This document shows, piece after piece, positions 7,369-14,500 of a stretch of DNA of 15,873 nucleotides. How positions within the stretch are numbered: the first letter of the stretch is position 1; each line of letters opens with the position of its first letter. The notes beneath the pieces were generated by a model. It was not told the DNA's origin. It was given only the letters and a program-made list of their open reading frames with translations, and did not search any database. The stretch is taken from the NCBI GenBank assembly GCA_016931955.1, contig JAFGDV010000020.1:1-15873 (forward strand). The letters are read 5' to 3'. The translations under genes and the position numbers were made by a program. This stretch comes from Candidatus Altiarchaeota archaeon. GTDB lineage: Archaea; Altiarchaeota; Altiarchaeia; IMC4; QMZM01.

Positions 7369-10300
7369 TCCCAGAGAAGCCGAAGAAACTAAATGCTACA
7401 TAGATAACTACAGCACAGACAACGCTTATTATGAAATACCTGAAGACCCTCTGCATTCTTCTCCCAGGGGTCATCTTTCTCAGCTTCTCCTTCTCCTTCC
7501 CCTTCCTGGCTGCAAGAAGTATGCCTGCAAATATAAGCAACACAAGCAACAGATTAATCTTCGCCAAGCCAGGGATCAATGATGGGGGGGGAGTGACTAT
7601 GATCTCAACATCAGAGAAGGCGTACGCCTCCTCACGCGAACCGAAGATTATGGTGGCAGGACAACGCCCTGGCTTGTCGGTGCTTCTAAGGTTAAGGTAA
7701 GAGGATTTAGCCTCCTTAGGGTCGATTATTGTTATCGACGTAAAATGGTAGGTTTCTATGCATAATTCGGCGTTCTCCAGCCTTCCTGTGATGTCATGAA
7801 GCCTGACCTTGCCTATGTTCTCCAAGAGTATCGGGATGGTTATGTTAGAATTCGGCGTCATATAGATCGTCTTAGGGACCTCAACGATTTCTAGGACGGA
7901 AACATTAACCGCCTTGATCACGTTCAACCAGAAATAGTCTATGTCCAGTGTTACATCATCGCGAACAGCCTTCACCGGTATTGCGAATTTTCCTGTGACG
8001 GTGTAGGGGGGTTTTACAAAAATCGTCCGATTTGTTGTTTCCCCGACGTCAAGATAAGAAACAAAGGCTGTCTTATACTCCCAGCCTTCTGGAACAATCG
8101 GGATAAGGGATATGTTGTCTGCTTCCACGTTTCCTATATTTGTCACATTGAATACAGCTGGTATGAACATGCCTTGGCTGCCGTTGATCTCCCGCTCAAT
8201 AGGCTTTATGTCAATGGCCAGCTCAAGTTCGGGCTGTGTGACATTAAATGGAACCTCTATCTCAAATGGGACCTCCTTCTCAACCTCCTTTTCCTTCTCC
8301 TCTTCCGGTTGAGGTTGGGGTTGAGGCTGAGGCTGCGGTTCAGGTTGAGGCTCCGGCTCCGGCTCAGTCACGTTCTGGGTTATATTCTGTGTTATGTTCC
8401 TCTGCATGATCTCCCTGGACATCAAGAACAGCCCAGGGATGTATTCTTCATACGCCCCAGCTACAAGGCTCTTGTTCACAGGAAGCAGGAAGAATGTCTC
8501 CATGGAAACATTAGCTGTGAACTGGAACAATAGTGAGGTCATGGTTGCCGGCGTTTGGGCGCCGCTCAAGACAAGATCTGTTGGCGTAATAGCACAGGAG
8601 TATCCTGCAGGCGAAGCGCAGGAGTTCAGGACCCAGTAGGGCTGTATTGGGATATTCGCAGTCCAGGCGTTAGCTGTCTGCGCCTCTCCTGTGATAGAGT
8701 AGACTGTTAGATTAAACTCTGTCTCCTCGTCGGTGAAGAAGTCTCTCCTATCCCATGATCCATTACTATGCACGGATATGTCGTAGTTGAATGCTGGAAC
8801 ATTCCTCAACTCCATCCTCTTAGATTCTGGGGGATTAAAGTAGGGATCGTTCTCATAAGATACAAAGCTTGCGCCACCACCCCTTGGAGAGATGTCAGTA
8901 AAGTTTACAGAGGCGTTGAACTGATAGTAGCTTACACCGCCCAGTGAGTAGATGCTTCTGTTTTCGTTGGGTACCAGCTCGTACTCCATTATCTGATAAT
9001 GCCGTGGACGCAGTGGCTGCGTCAGATTAAACTCAACATAGTATCTGCCACCAGATTGGAATGTTCCGCAGGTGTAATTCGGGCTGTTAACGCATCTATA
9101 GGCTACTGGGCTGCAGTCTGATGCAAAACACGCTTCTGTTGTAAAGTTGTCAAGTAATGAGGTGCTTGTTAGATCTGCTATGCCGATGTTGTAGAGTATA
9201 AGCCTGACCTTCGTATATGTGCACGTATTCCATGGATCGCCTGGATTACAGCCAGATTCTTGGTTTATCTGAGGCGGCATCTCCCTGAAGATTAAGGGGT
9301 AGGGACCTACCTGCGGAGTCGGCGCAGGCTCTGGTTGCTCACCAAAGGATGTAACGATCTCGAACTCTCTTTCCTCCCTCACCCTACCATAGCAGTACCT
9401 CGTGTAATTACAGAAGACTGAACCATTAGTGTAGACCACACAGTCATAAGAGACTATTGTGTAATCACATAGTTCTTCCATCTCCGTGAAAGAGACACTA
9501 CTGCCATCCGACTCTACATCAGTCACGCCGTATTTAACGCCTTCTATGGAAAACCCTTCATAGTCGCATTCTTCAGACTGCAGATTGATATCAGTGCTCA
9601 GGCAAGCATGACAGTATTCGCCGCAGCCTATCATATCGAAGGTATAGACCCCATAGAGTGTCCCGTTTATGTCTATCGGTCCGCCGAAGTATGCGGTGCT
9701 CCCACCCACCATCCCAGGAACAACGGCAGCAGATGGCGTTGTAGTGTTCACTTCAACAACATTGGATGTAGGATACAGCGTACAAAACATGTCCTCCACC
9801 TTGGTGCAGTTTGTCCTGTTTAAGGCGTCTATTGCGGAGCAGTTAGCTGTAGCGTTGAGTTCGTTGAAACTAGCAAAGGTTATGTTCCCCTCATCATATG
9901 TCGAAGAATACTCTGTCTCGCCTATTGCTGTATAGTTTCCTTCAGCCATGCCGATGGTAGACCAGATCTCCCAATAGAATATCTCATCCTCCGCCTCCAT
10001 CGTGCCAGTAGGCAGGCCCTGACCCATCCTGTCCATCACCAGGTCACCTGTAGAATTCCTGACCTTCATGTAGTTCATCCTCCAGTCCAATGGGATGTTG
10101 CCGCAGTTCTTGAATACGTACAGGAACACCACAGTCTGGTTTTGTATGACCAACGGCGGAACATAGAAGTAGGATATCATACCACAACACGAACCCTTCA
10201 CGTACACATTGATGAGAACATCATCCGAATAGGTGAAGAATTTCACGACAAAGAAGTCATTCCAGGCAGTACGGGGATGGTTCAATAATAAATCGACTGC

Positions 10301-10594
10301 ATGAACACTATACTGGTTTGTTCCTCTCTCTGAGGCAGTGTAGATCCGCTGATACGTTCCCGGAGAGATTTGCGTCATCGGAAGATTAATTATCTGCGTC
10401 CCATTAGGCAACCTTATGTCAACATAGACGCCGGTCATATCGCCGTCTGCATCGGTGACATTCGCCCTAATAACAACTGTGTCATTCACCTCAGTGAGGT
10501 AGGGAAAATGCCACGTAGAATGTATTACTGGAGGGTCGGCACTGACTGAAACCGCGAACATCATGCATAACATTACAAAAAATATCTTCTTCAT
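7361..10594 (-). CDS. Large membrane-anchored multi-Ig-domain cell-surface glycoprotein (1077 aa from ATG)
   Basis: Signal peptide MKKIFFVMLCMMFAVSVSA|DPP, several beta-sandwich domains, Cys-rich segments and a PE/PQ linker. Two CARDB/NEW3-like domains (FNVTNIGNVEADNISL..VPEGW; LLENIGKVRLHDI) are followed by two C-terminal TM helices separated by a basic loop. ATG 10594 overlaps the upstream TGA (TGATG). Confidence 0.9.
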   Translation of the reverse strand: MKKIFFVMLCMMFAVSVSADPPVIHSTWHFPYLTEVNDTVVIRANVTDADGDMTGVYVDIRLPNGTQIINLPMTQISPGTYQRIYTASERGTNQYSVHAVDLLLNHPRTAWNDFFVVKFFTYSDDVLINVYVKGSCCGMISYFYVPPLVIQNQTVVFLYVFKNCGNIPLDWRMNYMKVRNSTGDLVMDRMGQGLPTGTMEAEDEIFYWEIWSTIGMAEGNYTAIGETEYSSTYDEGNITFASFNELNATANCSAIDALNRTNCTKVEDMFCTLYPTSNVVEVNTTTPSAAVVPGMVGGSTAYFGGPIDINGTLYGVYTFDMIGCGEYCHACLSTDINLQSEECDYEGFSIEGVKYGVTDVESDGSSVSFTEMEELCDYTIVSYDCVVYTNGSVFCNYTRYCYGRVREEREFEIVTSFGEQPEPAPTPQVGPYPLIFREMPPQINQESGCNPGDPWNTCTYTKVRLILYNIGIADLTSTSLLDNFTTEACFASDCSPVAYRCVNSPNYTCGTFQSGGRYYVEFNLTQPLRPRHYQIMEYELVPNENRSIYSLGGVSYYQFNASVNFTDISPRGGGASFVSYENDPYFNPPESKRMELRNVPAFNYDISVHSNGSWDRRDFFTDEETEFNLTVYSITGEAQTANAWTANIPIQPYWVLNSCASPAGYSCAITPTDLVLSGAQTPATMTSLLFQFTANVSMETFFLLPVNKSLVAGAYEEYIPGLFLMSREIMQRNITQNITQNVTEPEPEPQPEPQPQPQPQPQPEEEKEKEVEKEVPFEIEVPFNVTQPELELAIDIKPIEREINGSQGMFIPAVFNVTNIGNVEADNISLIPIVPEGWEYKTAFVSYLDVGETTNRTIFVKPPYTVTGKFAIPVKAVRDDVTLDIDYFWLNVIKAVNVSVLEIVEVPKTIYMTPNSNITIPILLENIGKVRLHDITGRLENAELCIETYHFTSITIIDPKEAKSSYLNLRSTDKPGRCPATIIFGSREEAYAFSDVEIIVTPPPSLIPGLAKINLLLVLLIFAGILLAARKGKEKEKLRKMTPGRRMQRVFRYFIISVVCAVVIYVAFSFFGFSGII
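8306..8398 (-). repeat. Low-complexity coding repeats: NITQ-NITQ-NVTE followed by a (PE/PQ)n stalk
   Basis: Translation NITQNITQNVTEPEPEPQPEPQPQPQPQPQP; degenerate 12-bp and 6-bp periodicity in the DNA. Confidence 0.9.
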
Positions 10595-11454
10595 CACTTC
10601 AGTACCCTCACAATGAGAGAGCCAACGCTTATTATCAGGGTCACTAAGCCCAAGTCGATCACTAAACCAGTCTGCCCCTCGCTTAATGTGACCTCCCCGG
10701 TGGGGAGGTTTATGTGAGTATTTCCTCCAGAGTCCTTAGTTACTAAGCCTGTTTTCTCGGATCCCCCAGATGAGCCCGTCGTTGTGTCACCATAGGCTGC
10801 TGAACCAGAGGAACCAGTTGCTGTACTGCCGCTTCCAGAAGACCCTCCTGCGGCAGGAGACAGGGAACTGCTCCCCTGACTGTAGGTCAGGCTCTTCTGG
10901 GCTTCCTCCATAACTGCGTCACCAGACGATGCATCTATCCTGATAACATCCGCGTATTCGCCGCTAACCTGCCCCGGCACCTTTGCCGTGAATACTACCT
11001 CCCTCACCTGAACAAGGCTCTGCTTGAATCCCTCACCTCCAGCGCTTTCAGATCCTTTGGCTGTCGCTATCAGCTTAATGTTGTATGTGTTCCTTGATAT
11101 TGTGGAAGGAATCTTCAAGTAGACCTCGACTGGGTGGGTTTTAACGTATCTCTTACCTCCGTCCAAGATAAGCCACTCACCGGGGGAGGAGGGATTCCCT
11201 GTAATACTGGATTCCATCCTCAGCTCAGAGGGCACTACCTCAATCCTCAGATCGGAGGGATACTCTACCTCTAAGTCAACATCCAAGGACTCATCCCCCA
11301 TGTTGAAGAACGATGCACTGAAAACCGCGTATTCCCCGGGCTTGAGATCCAAGCCATTGACGTCCGAGGTGCTGCCCAAGGAGATCTTAGCCTCCACATG
11401 AAGGACTAAAAAGAGGATGCACAATAAAATCCCAAACCCAACAAACCTTTTCAT
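10594..11454 (-). CDS. Membrane-anchored secreted protein: one Ig-like (PapD/DUF916-like) domain, Gly/Ser-rich linker, C-terminal TM anchor
   Basis: Signal peptide ending VEA|K; LDLKPGEYAVFSASFFNMGDESLDV...VEVYLKIPSTISRNTYNIKLIATA...VREVVFTAKV; linker SQGSSSLSPAAGGSSGSGSTATGSSGS; terminal hydrophobic helix plus RVLK. The fold assignment is by eye only. Confidence 0.8.
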   Translation of the reverse strand: MKRFVGFGILLCILFLVLHVEAKISLGSTSDVNGLDLKPGEYAVFSASFFNMGDESLDVDLEVEYPSDLRIEVVPSELRMESSITGNPSSPGEWLILDGGKRYVKTHPVEVYLKIPSTISRNTYNIKLIATAKGSESAGGEGFKQSLVQVREVVFTAKVPGQVSGEYADVIRIDASSGDAVMEEAQKSLTYSQGSSSLSPAAGGSSGSGSTATGSSGSAAYGDTTTGSSGGSEKTGLVTKDSGGNTHINLPTGEVTLSEGQTGLVIDLGLVTLIISVGSLIVRVLK

Positions 11455-11457
11455 TCT

Positions 11458-11464
11458 ATCACCT
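11458..11464 (-). promoter_or_regulatory. Shine-Dalgarno site for the 286-aa gene
   Basis: The minus strand reads AAGGTAAGGTGATAGAATG, placing AGGTGAT just upstream of ATG 11454. Confidence 0.75.
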
Positions 11465-11502
11465 TACCTTTATGTATTTTCTCATCCACACTAATAATTC
11501 CA

Positions 11503-14500
11503 TCATGCCGTGGCGTTAGCCATAACATATGAGTAACCATGATACCTAAGCGCCGGAACCGCTGGAATATCTATCCAGTAATAGGTTTCCTGTGAGGTTC
11601 CCGCTGCAGTAAAGTTCCGAATATTGGCCCATGATGAAGTAAGATCATAGCCATTACCACAGACATCAACCTTAGCCCATGTGACATTGCCTACGCCTAT
11701 AGAACTTGACCCATTAGTCAGAGCCGCCCCCCTTATGTAGACACCTTCTGCATCATTAGAGTTCTCATCCAGGGAAATATTTATTGGGTTAACTGGCGCA
11801 GGATTACATGTTGTCTGAGGATTCACTGCACCCCAGTCTATGCTGTTCGCTGAAAGATGCATGATCAACACCTTCGTTATCTTGATTATTGTATAGTTTG
11901 TGTTGTTGTTTACCGCGGAGGCTCCCTCAAATAGGACATCAAGCTTCCACAACGAACCTAATGCTCCAGTAGAGTTCACGGTCCAGTTCAGGATGCATGA
12001 CTCATTCAAATCAAGCGGGTTATTCAAACAGGACTTCGGGTTCAGTGTTGGAGCATCCACGATAAAGAAAGGCGTGTCATAGCTTGTGTTTACTGCTGTA
12101 TCTGGTAGAGCAGTTAGATTATATCTTACAGTGCCTTGGACGTTTCCACAGTTAGCGTTCCTGCAGGTGACGTTCGCCTTGATCATGAAGGTCTTGTTCT
12201 TCCCCACCTCGTAGCCTGAATTAAGCTCAGCACTACCATCTCCTGGAATCGTTGGAGGCAGCATCAAGTAGACCTCCAAGACACCTCCGACAGACTCCAA
12301 TTCTATCGTAGCATTGGCTTTATTGTTTACTGTATTGTTATAGTAGAGCGTTGAGTTATCTGTGATGTTACACCTTGCTGTGTAGTTTCCAAAAGACAGG
12401 CCGCTGGTGTTCCAATCATAGACGGCATAGCCTGTAGAGTTCGTCAGATCGGTTCCAATGTAGTGGTAATTCGCCTCAGTAGCGTTCTTGTAGTAGAAGC
12501 GCACAGGGTAATCTAATATGCCTGATGAAGAGCTCACATCCCTCACCCTGCAGGTTAACGTTATCGAGGAACCCTGTGAGTGATTGGAACCACTTGAGGG
12601 CGAGACCCAGGTTATGTTCGACCAACCCCAGACGTAGATGGACACATTAGCTGTATCGGAGGAATAATACTGCTTTGTGACGTTAACTGTGATAAGCTCA
12701 GGACCCAGGCTGTGACCTGACGGGATCTGCCAGATAGTGTCCTCTCCCGTCGCTATCTGTGCGGTAGTGTTACGCCACGTGGCATTCACCGAAGACACAA
12801 CCTGAGAGTTCTCATCCCTCGTAGTTGAATTCAAAACAACGGTGTCGCCTTTATGGTATACCTTGCTCGGAGTGAGGTTGTCTATTGACACATTAAGCTT
12901 CCCCAGGAGAGTGAATACGCCAGTAGCGTCATCGTCTGCAGCAGTTGTATTATAGTATCCGTTATTAGCTATCACACAATAGAAGGTCTTCGATCCTACA
13001 GAATCATTCTGACCATTCCAGTTATAGGTCGCGATCCCAGAGGCATTAGTGTTCACAGTATCGAGATAGTCCAACGAGGAATTGTAGAAGTCGACCGGGT
13101 GATTACCGATGCCTACATTGTTGTCTTTGTCGTATACTCTGCACCTCAAGGGAATGGTTCCTCTGTATTCGCTCGTTGTCGGCGAAATCCACTCTACCTT
13201 GCTCCTGCCCCAGACCTTGAATTTCAAGTAAGACAGGGAATTATTCCAGTTACCCCAGATGTCTGATGCATTAATCTTAACATAATGCACGCCGACGATC
13301 CATGACGAATTAGAGACTATAGTATGATTGGTCCAGTTATTAGCAATCGTATCCGGTGTGTAGATTCTAAGGGTCGAGGATGTTGAATTGTATGTGATAT
13401 TCGCTCCACCAACGGTTTCATTCCATTTAGCGTAGGCTAAGATGCTTTCACCCTTCCATATCGAGGTGTCGTTTAGACCGTAGACGGTCGCACTTGGAGG
13501 CTCAGTATCCTCACCTGGAAGGGCAGCCCTCAGAGCGTGTGAAGCGCTGCTTGGAGTCCCAGGATCATAATACTTCGCAGGATAGGAGGTTATGTTGCAT
13601 GTAAGGAGCTCCCAGCCCTGGGTTGTATCATTGTAGGTCCACTGAGCCCATCCTGTTGAGTTAGTGAGACTCCAGTTAAGGTAACCGGTCTCGTTGCTGT
13701 AGAATGAGACATTATATAGGCTGATCGCAGAACCGTTGTGGTAGTCCACGACCCTACAACTCATGGTGCTTGTTTCGTTAACGTATATTGGATTCGGCGC
13801 CAGACTGCTTTCATTCACTATGGCATAACCCCATACGACAGTGGTATTCATTGGGGTTACATTCCAGTTACTGAATGAATCATTGGCATATATCCTCCAA
13901 CCCATCGGACCCAAGATTGAATCCGTCGGAATCGTTACTGAGAAATTCGACCAATCCTGTGAGCCCGATAGAATCAAGGGATTCGTTAATGAATCATTCT
14001 GCCAGCCTCCAGACTCGTTCGACTCAAGCCATGCAGTATCCAGCTCATTGTTATCATTCCATCTCGCATAGAATAGGATATCTTCCCCACGGTGGACCTT
14101 GGTTACGTTCTGACCGACTATGTCATACCATGGAGGCTGAACCTCTATAACGGTCAGATTCTCCCTCCTCTCCTGTTGCCCATAGAAGTATATTTGTAAA
14201 TAATCATCGATGTAACAGATTAACTCTTTTTTACCCAGCGCAGAATCATTAAAGGTGAGCTGCGCCCAGCCTGTCGAGTTTGTTAGATTCCAACCCAGAT
14301 ATCCGCCTGTGTCATTATAGAAAGAAACATTATAGCCGCTGATCGCTGATCCATTATCCGCCGTTACCCTGCAGCTCATCGTTGTATTCCCCCCTTGAAT
14401 GATTGTTGAATTGCTCAAGGAGGAATCTGTTATATCCGCCTGCCCATAAACAAAGAAGGTCAGATACTGCAGGGTGTTGTTCCAATTGTTGTTGAGATCC

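Noticed and set aside
7343-7700. Short plus-strand ORFs 7343..7582 and 7431..7700 downstream of the peptidase
   Set aside because: They lie antisense to the well-supported C-terminus of the 1077-aa gene and have no recognisable features. The other short overlapping ORFs in the track are rejected for the same reason.
8174-8533. Plus-strand ORF with an LRLRLR repeat
   Set aside because: Antisense shadow of the PE/PQ linker of the 1077-aa gene.
9602-9625. CGEYCH(AC) as a CxxxCH heme-c attachment site
   Set aside because: Single non-canonical motif in a generally Cys-rich extracellular region, with no cytochrome c maturation genes in the window. Disulfides are more likely.
10690-10715. LPTG as a sortase LPxTG signal
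   Set aside because: The spacing is LPTG, not LPxTG, the context is archaeal, and no sortase gene is present.
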